Under the pieces are notes generated by a model, which worked only from the letters and a program-made list of their open reading frames with translations, searched no databases and was not told where the DNA came from. Of a stretch of DNA of 64,000 bases, positions 27,861-39,417 are shown piece by piece. The translations under genes and the position numbers were made by a program. Within the stretch, counting starts at the first letter, position 1; the number at the start of each line of letters is the position of its first letter. This stretch comes from Paraspadella gotoi (Eukaryota > Animalia > Chaetognatha): the NCBI GenBank assembly GCA_051294375.1, contig CM119266.1, positions 16,610,087 through 16,674,086 of the forward strand. Direction: 5' to 3'.

Positions 27861-28092
27861 TTACAATGTTTCCTTCCCGCAAAGTTTTTGATGAATCTGT
27901 GTTATCTTCGCACCGAAGTCTATACGTAGCAACTTTTGCTTTCTCGCACCAAAATCGCAGCTTTCCAAACGTGTGTAGTTTCTACAGAGCCGGCATTCCC
28001 GACAGTTTGTCCTGGCTATCCGGCAAACAAGGAAACCGAGGCATTCCGACCAATCTTGGCAGTTCCCGTCTCCGCAGTGCGAGAACGAGTTC
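27861..28092 (-). CDS. Downstream exon of the small Cys-rich protein (NSFSHCGDGNCQDWSECLGFLVCRIARTNCRECRLCRNYTRLESCDF...CGKETL)
   Basis: Phase-2 join from the upstream exon selects the Cys-rich frame (9 Cys). It ends at TAA 27863-27861 or splices on via GTAAAT at 27864. Confidence 0.5.
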
Positions 28093-28162
28093 CTAAATAT
28101 CGGCAAAGAACTCTCTTTTTATCATCTTCTCGTGGATTGGAAACAAATCAAGCGAGCAGAAA

Positions 28163-28211
<49 letters not shown>

Positions 28212-28216
28212 CTTAC

Positions 28217-28410
28217 ACACAAACACCCAGACAAGCAACGAGATTGATCATTGAGCATTGAGGGAAAGGCTTGGTGAAGGGAAAGACACGTAATGTTTTC
28301 TGAATATGAAATTGACCTGATAGGTACAACTTGTGCTGACTCTCTTCTGTGAGATGATTAGATTGCTGTTCAAAGAGACGACAAACATTGTTGAGAGAAA
28401 CGATTAGCAT
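28217..28410 (-). CDS. Upstream exon of a small Cys-rich protein (ends ...FPFTKPFPQCSMINLVACLGVCV); true 5' boundary uncertain
   Basis: Open frame ending at a GTAAGA donor (28216, phase 2). The 124-nt intron contains a (GA)n tract and ends TTTAG at 28093. Confidence 0.45.
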
Positions 28411-30284
28411 ATCGAAACCGGTGTGGAAGGTGGGATGAAGGGGTAGAGGGGGTCTTGTCGAAGGGATGGATGGAGTCTTAGAGTTTTTCCTCAGATGAGA
28501 GAACTCTTTGATAACTTTTCCGATTATCGCTGAAAAAAAAAGGTAAATGGGGAGACTGAAGCGAAGACACGGGATTAAGATAAGATTTTAAAAGAAAAGG
28601 AAGGAAAGATGAGGACACGAGCAGTAGCTAAGTTTTTCATGATTTCTGCGCATACATAGTTCGCCCCCGCAATTGGAAATCTGATAATGAGAAAAACATT
28701 TAAGAAATATATTTATAATTTACATATAATATGTGATTAAATATTTTGTAAATAGGTTGAAAATTAAAAAATCAAAAAGAGGGTAGATAAGCCAAAGCCA
28801 AAGTTAAAAGTAACGAATAATGCCGATTAGACTTTTCTTTTCGCAGAGTAAATACGAAGGCGGAGAGAGAGGAAGAGAGAAAAGGAGAGAGAAGAGCCAA
28901 AAGGGTTTGGGGCTGCAAATGTCAGGAAACGGCGAAAAAAGCTTAACGTGACTTAAAGGCCCCGAGAATTCCCGCCTTTTTTTTATAAAAAAAGTGAGAC
29001 GGAGAGAAATGGGGGAAAATCCGCCAAGAAAAAAAAAAAAAAAATCACGAAAAGAAGAAGAAAATTCCTCGGATTCAATGCTTCGCCCTGAGAACATTCG
29101 ATTAGTATTAAAAAAAAAAAAATGTTCTCGTTCAGGTTTCACCATGTTTGCCGAAAACTTCCCCCCCACCCCCAGAAAACTTAATTATTAAACGAAATTG
29201 AATTACAAAAGAGAGAGAGAAAAAAAACCCGACTTAAGAAAACGAATTATAAAGAAACGCCTCCCAACTAAGTTCGACGCATGCGAAATGAGGAGATAAG
29301 GCAAAGAAAATGTAGCCGTCGCTTCGGATTTCGCGAGAAAAAGTCGAGCATCACTTCCAATTAACATTGAAATTTATTTTTTCTCCTTTTTCTTTTTCAC
29401 CCCCTTTTTTTTGCGAAGGGGATTTTTTCCCCTCTTTTTGCGCCGCTTTTTTTCCTCCCCTTTTCTTCTTNNNNNNNNNNNNNNNNNNNNNNNNNGATTA
29501 TATATTGGTGGATAGAGCTTATACAGATCACGCAGCAGTGTTGTGTGTGAGTGTGTGTGGCGTGCCACCCACCGTCCATGAGCTCGGCGGAAGCAAGGAA
29601 AGAGAGACATCTCTACTAGTATTGAGGGAGGGAGTGATTACAAGCCAAGTTCTCAGAGAGGAGTGGAGACCTATGAGTTCGGACGCGAGTGTTGATATGG
29701 AGAGGAAGTTTATATGGCGCGGAAGAGGCAGAGATATTGATGTTGAACTTGGTGGCTCAGCGTCATAATATAGAAGATATGTCGAAACACCTTAACCATA
29801 CGATCAGCGACAACCAGTCATGCAATATTAAATCATGAGGGGAGGTCATCGAGCGCATTATACCCATCATATGTGTGGACTTGATACTATCAGTCGATGA
29901 GGCATCTATTATAAGAAGTAAGAGAGGTCGCGTTTTCTTTCTGGTCGAATGTGGTACAGTGAAAGAGCCACCATAAACATAACAATAACACCACAACGAT
30001 AATAAGTCAATAGACAATATAAAGATGAAAATTGTTGATAAGATACTAAATCTAAGATAAATCTTTAGAAGGCAAAAAAACATCAATAAAAAAAAGCAAC
30101 AGATATATATAAAAATCAGAAAAAAATCCTGAACATTGAAAAGTATGGAATGAAACATAATATAACAAAGATCAATAAACATGACCGAAAAATGATCAAC
30201 CTTACACAAGAAAATAAAAATAATCGATACAACAGCAATTTAGACCATAAAAAGAAATCCTGACAATACACATCAAAGCTATCT

Positions 30285-30500
30285 CTGTCTTCTTCTTCTC
30301 CGAGCTGAGTCTGCGATCGTCCGCTTAAGAGTTCGTTTAGCTTTCGGGTGGAAAGAGGTGGAAGGAGTGGAAAGAGAAAGGGTGGAAAGAGGTGGAAAGG
30401 AGTGAATGAGAAAGGGTGGAAAGAAGAGAGAAGGTACAATTTTTACAAGGCGCGCGGTAAAAAATGCTGTCATTCGCCAACCAGTGGTTATTTATGATTT
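30285..30500. repeat. Inverted copy of about 39355-39565 (MITE right end plus flank)
   Basis: TCTGTCTTCTTCTTCTC...GCTGTCATTCGCCAACCAGTGGTTATTT is the reverse complement of 39361-39565 with small indels. Confidence 0.9.
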
Positions 30501-30501
30501 T

Positions 30502-33500
30502 AAAAATTACCGATATAGTAAAAAATTTAAAAAAACCCAGTTTTTTGTAAGTAAGAAAAAGTTTGTGTTATAAATTTTTTTTTCTAATATCTTAACTTTC
30601 AATTTTAATTTTTTTTTTGTTTGAACACAATAATATAATCGTTTTACAGTTTCGTTTTTATTTTTATTAAAGTAACCGTAAGAAACTTCTTAAATTTTTT
30701 TTTTTTTTTCAAAACGAAATATTATTTATGATTTTTTCAGCCGTCGTTGCGACGTTGTGAAGTGGCTTCGTTAAGTTGTTATCTGCGGTTTTGAGATTTG
30801 ACGGTCGTCGACTTTTTACGCATTCGTCGTTGTTTCCCGGGGAACGAGACAACATGGATAAAGCTGAGAGACAGAGAGAGAGAGAAAACGATGGTGCGAG
30901 AGTCGGGAATGCCACGCGCCATCACGTGGAGGAATCACGTGACGAGTCTGCAGGGCGCGCGTGAGGACGAGGAAGGGAGGAGGAGAGGAAGAAGAGGAGG
31001 ATGAGGGAGGAGGAAATGAAGAAGGAGAGAGGAGAGAGTGAGGAAGGAGTGAAGGAGGAATTCTTAGAAATGGGGAGAGGAATCGAGAAAGCATGAGGGT
31101 AGGAAACCGGGAAACCGGAAAAGAAAAGGCGACAGTCGGAAAAAAAAAAGCGTAATATTTTCCTTTATGATTGATAATCCCGAGGATGAAATGACATTCG
31201 GGGGGAAAAAAGAGCAATTTCTCGGAGAGACTCGATTAATTCCGGGCCGGGGTGGGGCGGAAAGGGTTGGCGGGGGAGTTTAGAGATCGAAACTGCGCGC
31301 GCGATCTCTTCATTACAGCCTCATGCAATTCGAGTCGAACGCGAGAGGAAGCAACGGACATTGCGGCCCGAAAGGCGTCAGACCCAAACAGATGCGAAAC
31401 TGGAAGAAGCCAATAATACGGGCGGGAGGAAGGAAATGAAAAATGAGAAAGGGAAAGCGAAGGGAGAAGGATGGGCAGGGCGAAGGGAAGTAGAAAATAG
31501 AAAGGAAAGATGAAAACAAAAGTTTCCTTGGGAGAAATGGAAAGATGGTGAATTTTTTGAGAAAGGGGAGAACTAAAAGGGGAAAACGAGCGAGGAATAT
31601 AACGAGTGAAAGAAAAAGAGGAAGATAGTAGAAATGAAGAGGCGTAGATGGGTTGCTGTGGAGAGTGACTTGGGCTATAAACGAAAGTAGTGAGGGATTG
31701 TAGATTATAGAAGGAGCAGGGAGTCTTTAATCGGGTGAAATAAGAGAGGAAAAGATTGGAAACGTCGAAGATCGGGTCAGCTAATTTGAAGAGTTACTGA
31801 CTTGAGGGAGGAAATTGGATGGGAATTAAACAAGATCAGACGGGTTCCGCCCCTTTCTCTCCTCCCTTTCTATATCTCCTCACCCCCCTTTCTCTCCTCA
31901 TGCACACCTTGGCAAGGACGTGAAAAGGTAGAAGAAAAGTCTCAATTACGACGAAAGGTCTTCGCAGAGTTGCCAGTATCATTAGGGTATATATTCGCGC
32001 CAAGGCTGCGGGGCTCGCGGATGAAGGTTATTTTCCTCGGCGTTTGATCGCGGCGCCTGATTCTTTTTTTTTTTTCTCTCTCTATCTCTTCGGGTCTCCG
32101 TGATGTTTTTCTCTTTCCTTTGGTTTAACGGTCTCATCTAAAGACGCTTACAAGGATGCTTCCCGCGGCTTCGACGGTTCTTAAGGGGCGTTTCGAACCC
32201 CATTTAGAAAGCTAATAGTATGAAAACTGGAAAACAGGCTTTTTTTAGAGACTTTGAAGTGAGGACGAGCAACGATATTTCGTTGGGTTTTGCCGCTTGA
32301 AGAGTTCCAGAGTTCTCGAATCAATATCGCTGTATTCACCTTCGCACTCCCAAGAGTTCCAAACTCCGGCTACAAAACCCTGGATGTAACCGACACCGCC
32401 CACTCCCCTTTTTTTTCACACAGCCCCATTTAATGGAATTGAGGGGAATAAAGGAAGTCCAAATCTCAAGAAGCTGAAAAACCAAAAAAGGGGAGTGGGC
32501 GGTGTCGGTTACATCCAGGGTTTTGTAGCCGGGAGTTTGGAACTCTTGAGTGCGAAGGTGAATACAGCGATATTGATTCGAGAAACTCTGGAACTCTTCN
32601 NNNNNNNNNGTTACATCCAGGGTTTGTAGCCGGGAGTTTGGAACTCTTGAGTGGACGAAAGAACCTCACCTGCGAAGGTGAATACAGCGATATTGATTCG
32701 AGGAACTCTGGAACTCTTCAAGCGGCAAAACCCAACGAAATATCGTTGCTCGTCCTCACTTCAAAGTCTCTAAAAAAAGCCTGTTTTCCAGTTTTCATAC
32801 TATTAGCTATCTAAATGGGGTTCGAAACGCCCCTTAAGAACCGTCGAAGCGCGGGAAGCATCCTTGTAAGCGTCTTTAGATGAGACCGTTAAACCAAAGG
32901 AAAGAGAAAAACATCACGGAGACCCGAAGAGATAGAGAGAGAGAGAAAAAAAAAGAATCAGGCGCCGCGATCAAACGCCGAGGAAAATAACCTTCATCCG
33001 CGAGCCCCGCAGCCTTGGCGCGAGTATATACCCTAATGATACTGGCAACTCTGCGAAGACCTTCGTCGTAATTGAGACTTTTCTTCTACCTTTTCACGTC
33101 CTTGCCAAGGTGTGCATGAGAGAGAAAGGGGGGGTGAGGAGATATAGAAAGGGAGGAGAGAAAGGGGCGGAACCCGTCTGATCTTGTTTAATTCCCATCC
33201 AATTTCCTCCCTCAAGTCAGTAACTCTTCAAATTAGCTGACCCGATCTTCGACGTTTCCAATCTTTTCCTCTCTTATTTCACCGATTAAAGACTCCCTGC
33301 TCCTTCTATAATCTACAATCCCTCACTACTTTCGTTTATAGCCCAAGTCACTCTCCACAGCAACCCATCTACGCCTCTTCATTTCTACTATCTTCCTCTT
33401 TTTCTTTCACTCGTTATATTCCTCGCTCGTTTTCCCCTTTTAGTTCTCCCCTTTCTCAAAAAATTCACGGTCTTTCCCATGTTCTCCCAAGGAAACTTTT

Positions 33501-34525
33501 GTTTTCATCTTTCCTTTCTATTTTCTACTTCCCTTCGCCCTGCCCATCCTTCTCCCTTCGCTTTCCCTTTCTCCTTTTTCATTTCTCCTTCCTCCGCCCG
33601 TATTATTGGCTTCTTCCAGTTTCGCATCTGTTTGGGTCTGACGCCTTTCGGGCCGCAATGTCCGTTGCTCCTCTCGCGTTCGACTCGAATTGCATGAGGC
33701 TGTAATGAAGAGATCGCGCGCGCAGTTTCGATCTCTAAACTCCCTCCGCCAACCCTTTCCGCCCCATCCCTGGCCCGGAATTAATCGAGTCTCTCCGAGA
33801 AATTACTCTTTTTTTCCCCCCGAATGTCATTTCATCCTCGGGATTATCAATCATAAAGGAAAATATTACGCTTTTTTTTTCCGACTGCCGCCTTTTCTTT
33901 TCCGGTTTCCCGGTTTCCTACCCTCATGCTTCTCGATTCCTCTCCCCATTTCTAAGAATTCCCTCCTTCACTCCTTCCTCACTCTCTCCTCTCTCCTTCT
34001 TCATTTCCTCCTCCCTCATCCTCCTCTTCTTCCTCTTCCTCCTCCCTTCCTCGTCCTCACGCGCGCCCTGCAGACTCGTCACGTGATTCCTCCACGTGAT
34101 TGGCGCGTGGCATTCCCGACTCTCGCACCATCGTTTTCTCTCTCTCTCTGTCTCTCAGCTTTATCCATGTTGTCTCGTTCCCCGGGAAACAACGACGAAT
34201 GCGTAAAAAGTCGACGACGTCAAATCTCAAAACGCGATAACAACTTAACGAAGCCAACTCCAACGAAACGTCGCAACGACGGCTGAAAAAATCAAAATAA
34301 TAATTTCGTTTTTGAAAAAAAAAAAAAATTTAGAAGTTTCTTACGGTACTTTAATTAAAAATAAAATCGAAACTGTAAACGATTATATTATTGTGTTCAA
34401 ACAAAAAAAAAAAATTAAAATTAAAAAGTTCAGATATTGAAAAAAAATTATATAAACAATTTTCTTATCTTACAAAAAACTGGGTTTTTAAATTTTTTTT
34501 TCTCAATATTCGTAATTTTTTTAAA
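30502..34525. repeat. About 1.9-2 kb inverted duplication (arms about 30502-32416 and 32485-34525, spacer about 68 bp)
   Basis: Arms are reverse complements with scattered indels. The ORF track shows mirrored ORFs (31802+/33033-, 31313-/33499+, 30798+/34057-). Confidence 0.95.
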
Positions 34526-35295
34526 AACTAAAAATTTTCCTACACCATTTTATTTTTAAATTCTGAATAAATGGAATCACGTTCAAAAATTCAAAGTAGT
34601 CAAAAAATAATTATTGTTTTCTAATCTTAAGAATGATTTGGATTCAAATTATTTTTATAAACTACCCACCCCAAAAAAAAACGAATTCAATTAATCGGGA
34701 GGGAAAGGTTATAAGGAGAAAGCGACATCTTTTTAATTTTTGTTGAGTCGTTTCGACCCCGAGTCAGACACTTGGATGGAAGATGCCCTTCGTTTTGGGA
34801 GGGAGGGAAGAGGGGAAGTTCGAGTCAGGGAGAAGGGAGTTTGTGTGTGGACGGAAAGAGAAAGAGCGGATCACTCGTGCTCACAGCTCAGAGAAGCAAA
34901 TTAATGCCGCTACGTTGCTCGCTAATACAGCAAATGAGAACCTTTGGGAAAAGTAACGTCTTTTTCTTTTTCTTTTTAAATTTTTTTTTTAAATTCTGAC
35001 ATAATTTAATAGCCTTTCCATCGCAGTTTTAATGGAGAAGGCAACCGAGATACAGGGAGAGAGAGGAAAGAGGGAGAGATAAATTTTTGATCTCATTCCA
35101 GCGAGAAAGTGGCGGNNNNNNNNNNNNNNNNNNNNNNNNNNNNNNNNNNNNNNNNNNNNNNNNNNNNNNNNNNNNNNNNNNNNNNNNNNNNNNNNNNNNN
35201 NNNNNNNNNNNNNNNNNNNNNNNNNNNNNNNNNNNNNNNNNNNNNNNNNNNNNNNNNNNNNNNNNNNNNNNNNNNNNNNNNNNNNNNNNNNNNNN

Positions 35296-35333
<38 letters not shown>

Positions 35334-36453
35334 TGTTTTCAAATGAAGTTAGATAACGAACTTAGTTAAGTTTAAAATAATGAAAATGATGGTTTTATTA
35401 TTCCATCAATAACGTTCTTCGCACATTGCCTGGTTTCATTTTGAATATTGGCTGACATCTCAATAAATTTTTATTCTGCTTCAACTTCTCATCATTTTTC
35501 TTTTCTTCAGTTGATACTTCTGCGCCTGAACCCTGAGAACCATAAATCATCGATTCCCGCTTAGAATCACAAGATGCAATGTTTATTATGTTTTATTTTT
35601 ACTTGGTATACAGGTATACAGGCATACAGGCGAACGGTGTCAATATTTTGTAAATTATAATTTTGAACTTAACGCAAAACAAATTTTTAAAGGCATGATT
35701 TTTCTTCAAAATACAAACTTAAAAATTGTTCGCTTCCACAATTATTCTTGAACTTAAAATTATCTGCGAAATTACGTTAAAAAAAAACAACATTTTGATA
35801 AACCGATAAAACGACGCTATTTCCATTTTTTCCGATAATCCGTGTACATTTGTTGACGTTTGTCGTTTTCGTTTTCTCGCCGCTCTGTCGCTCCTGCGAT
35901 TTCCATCGCTCCCAATTTCTCATTTTTTGTCTCCTCGCTCCTCAAAAAATTTTTAGAGTCTGACTTTTCCCTTAATTCCGGCCGACTGCAACCATCGCTC
36001 AACTTCTTTTACTTTCCTCCCAGATCATATTTCTTACTCAACCATCAGAAAAATGCTTTAGAGAAATTAATGCCACCATTAACTTCACCTCCGCTCAACC
36101 CGTTCAGAATTCACTGCACTATTAGAGAATCAAATCCACATTCACGCTAACATCTCGCCCCCTCAAATAAAGACCACATTCACTCACGATCCCACCGACT
36201 CACGACCCCGCCCATTCACGACCCCGCCCGTTCTCAACACCCTTCACCGTTTCCCCCTTGAGAACATCGCCCCATGAATTCGCTCGAATTTTCTGCTCCG
36301 GTTTTCCTCAGGAAACTCGACCCCGATTTTTTTTTCACTCGTTTTTTTTTTCCTTTATATATTTTTTTTATATCCGTTTCCATTATTTATCTCTTTATTT
36401 CTATTCTTTATCTATCTCCTATCCCCTTCCAGCCGATTCTATAATTCTTGTTA

Positions 36454-36912
36454 CGTGCCTGTCTGGTAGTCCTACGCATCACCAGATAAACGACTTAAGC
36501 TGTTGACTTTCGCAGCGCTCGTGGCTCAGTGGAAAAAAGATGCACCCATCCAATGTGCGTCGCCTGGTTCGAGGCCCTGGGTTGTCAGTAGAAAGTGGAT
36601 GGACAGGTAACGCTGAGGATGCCTAACCTGCCAGATCCAAAGCTCTGCGAATACATGAACATGTGTCTCGTGCGCACGAGGTGAACGCCGCTGCGGGTGT
36701 GGGACGCCTGTAATAAACCAGCCTCTTCATGGTGAGCCCGACGTGATCCGCCGACACAGCAATCCCGGGCATGTGATAATACTCTCTGCCCTTGATGTGG
36801 TTTGAGCTAACACAGCTGCCACTCAACGCAAAAGGCCACAGAATGAAAGAAGAGGTCAGCGGAGGACATCGCTTCATGCCCTGCTTCGTATCTCATATGC
36901 GAGAGTTGGGGG
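36454..36912 (+). mobile_element. tRNA-promoter (SINE-like) repeat unit, copy 1 of a tandem pair (period about 455 bp)
   Basis: A box TGGCTCAGTGG (36522), B box GGTTCGAGGCC (36566); colinear similarity with 36913-37186. Confidence 0.65.
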
Positions 36913-37186
36913 CGTGTCTGGGTGGTCTTGATCACCAGCAGATAAATAAAGCTTGTTGCTTTCGCAGCAGCCTCGGTGGCTCATGGGACTAATGCCATCA
37001 ATGTGCGGTCCCTGGTTCGACCGATGAGGTCTGTCATGTAGAAGTGGGATGGAACGGGTAACCCCCTGGTAGGCCCGTGGGCCTACTGTGCCAAGATCCA
37101 AAGCTCTGGGACTAGCATGAACTGCTGTCTACGCTGTCCGCACGAGGTGACAGCGGCGGGTGTGGCGCCTCTGTAAAAAGCCTCTC
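36913..37186 (+). mobile_element. tRNA-promoter (SINE-like) repeat unit, partial copy 2
   Basis: TGGCTCATGGG (36977) and GGTTCGACC (37014). Shared blocks with copy 1: CTTTCGCAGC, CAATGTGCG, AGATCCAAAGCTCTG, CGCACGAGGTGA, GCGGGTGTGG, AGCCTCT. Confidence 0.65.
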
Positions 37187-38369
37187 ACCTGAATAATATT
37201 TTTTTAATTTTTTTTTCCTCGTCCCTAATGTTCGAATCCATTTTTTTCTTCTCTCTCTCTCTTTTCTCTCTCTCTCTCTCTCTCCCTCTTCTCTCTCTCT
37301 CTCCTCTCTTCTCTCTTTCTCGTGTTGCGTTAGAAAAGATTTACCCTTCTCAGAATCATAGCTGAAGCAATTTTTTAGCTAATCTCTATTTTTTTCGTAA
37401 ATCTTCTCTGGAAGGCAAAGATGATTTTTATGGTTATGGTGATGATAAAGTAAACGGTTTCTCCCGTTATTCCTATGGTTGTTTCACGACGACGACGACG
37501 ACGGCGGCGATGTCCGCTATGGTTGTGAATGTAATGGGTCTCGCGGGATATTTCACTCAAATGAAGACGGCGTTTTGCCTCGACGTTTTGGCTCCGCAAT
37601 CTATTTTTCACTTTTCTTGCCTTTACTTTTTCTCACGACGTTGGCTGTTTTAGTTTATCATTTTATTATGCCTACAAACTACACAGTCATTAAATGTTTT
37701 CTTTTTAAACATACGGTATGTGCTATACGGTATGTGCTATACCATATGTCTTAAACGTAATTTTATGTATAATTGTGATTGATTTTTACGTATGTACGTA
37801 AGTAGGTAAGTAGGTATGTCAATATCGTTCGTTGATATTACATATTGTCTAGTTTTATCGTCTGTCAAAAAACTTTTTATCGAAAAATTTTTAAATTAAA
37901 AAAAAAGAAGAAAAGTTGTAGACTTTATTTGGAAATCTCCTCCTCAGGAGCATCGTTGAGTGAGTCGGATGTCTGTCGGGGATTAGAGCCAGGGACGCGA
38001 AACCGCTTCATCTGGCAGCGGGAGTCGTGAGGGACTGATTGCGTGGGCTGCCGCGGCTGGAGACAGCGGCGGCGGCGGCGGCGGCGTCCGTGACGCGTTA
38101 CTCGTGCGAATGGAGAAAGACGTTAAGGACGTTGACGTAAAACATGAAGAAAATCTGGGAATCATTTGTAGAATTCTCCCATAATTCGACAGTTCATGTA
38201 CTGGAATTCTAGAAATGAACAATATTGCACGCGTATAAATTCTTCACGAGGGAACAAAACAAACAACTACCTTCTAATTAATATAAAATACAATTGTAAT
38301 GACTCCCTTTGTATTGTTTAATGTTTTTGTCAGTGACTAAACGCGAGAAACGGTTTATTCTTGCCGGGC

Positions 38370-38409
<40 letters not shown>

Positions 38410-38940
38410 GAGCGGCGGCGTCCTCGTTGTCAGCGGCGTCATGGGAATTAGTCTGGCGACGGGTTTTGCGAACCGAGGGCGCGTTTCTCCGGGGAGATTA
38501 GAAAATCATGTTTTTATTCGGAGAAATCCGCGAATAAAGTCGTTGATGGTGCTGTCGCGCGACTTTACAGCTCACTGTTCATTCGCTCCATTAAGTTGAT
38601 TAACGTTTTTAAATGACATACTAAGATTAGATTCTTCGTAAAGAATTGTAATTTTTCCACCGTTGGCGAATCGTACACGGACGCTCGTGATTTGATCGCA
38701 CGTAAGCAAAGGCTCTTTTTTTTTTTTGCGCTCCTCGAGTTTCTGTTCGCAACTCGTGCTTGTTGAGCGAGTCTTAGCACGTGGACGTGCTCGCACGCGG
38801 ATCGAAACGCTAGCACCGACACAGAACTAAACTTTCACAATTCCACATTCCCGCCACTCGTCGTTTTCATGTTTTTGAAAGAAGAGGCACACTTCTATCA
38901 TTCCGCCACTCGATTTGCTTTTCTATCTTTCTACATGGTG

Positions 38941-39417
38941 ACCATTTTACAAGCGCTGGTAAAAAAAACGCTGTCATTTGCAAACCAATGAATATTTTTT
39001 CAATGTTAAATATGAATTTAAAAGTAAAAACCCAAACAATTTATATATTCAATTTTATCAGAATTGACTTTTATTTGCCTCAGCAATGATAGCAGAAGAA
39101 TGGATTAGAGCTTTCGTATATAAATCATTATCTTCATATTTTTAAGGGCTTTCTGAGGATATTAATATTGTTAATATCTTAATAAATACTTTGTTTAAAA
39201 AAGTGCTAAAAATGAAAAAAATTAGTTAGAAAATGAAACACGATTTTAAAAGCCAATTTTCTCCACTCATTGTCAAGGCATATCTTAACTGATCAAAATA
39301 AAATTTGAACACATAAATGATTTTAATATTTTTCACTCAACTAATTTTTTTAAATCAATGAAATAACCACTGGTTGGCGAATGACAGCATTTTTTTACCG
39401 GCGCTTGTAAAATTGTA
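38941..39417. mobile_element. MITE-like non-autonomous DNA transposon, about 57-bp imperfect terminal inverted repeats and AT-rich interior
   Basis: ACCATTTTACAAGCGCTGGTAAAAAAAACGCTGTCATTTGCAAACCAATG (38941) is the near reverse complement of CACTGGTTGGCGAATGACAGCATTTTTTTACCGGCGCTTGTAAAATTGT (to about 39416). No clear target-site duplication. Confidence 0.7.

Noticed and set aside
29496-30284. Compositionally odd segment with 130-150 aa ORFs
   Set aside because: Follows a 25-N gap, looks like low-quality read sequence, and has no recognisable domain.
36515-36590. Possible tRNA gene
   Set aside because: A and B boxes are present but no cloverleaf forms, and similarity continues into a repeated body, so it is treated as SINE-like.
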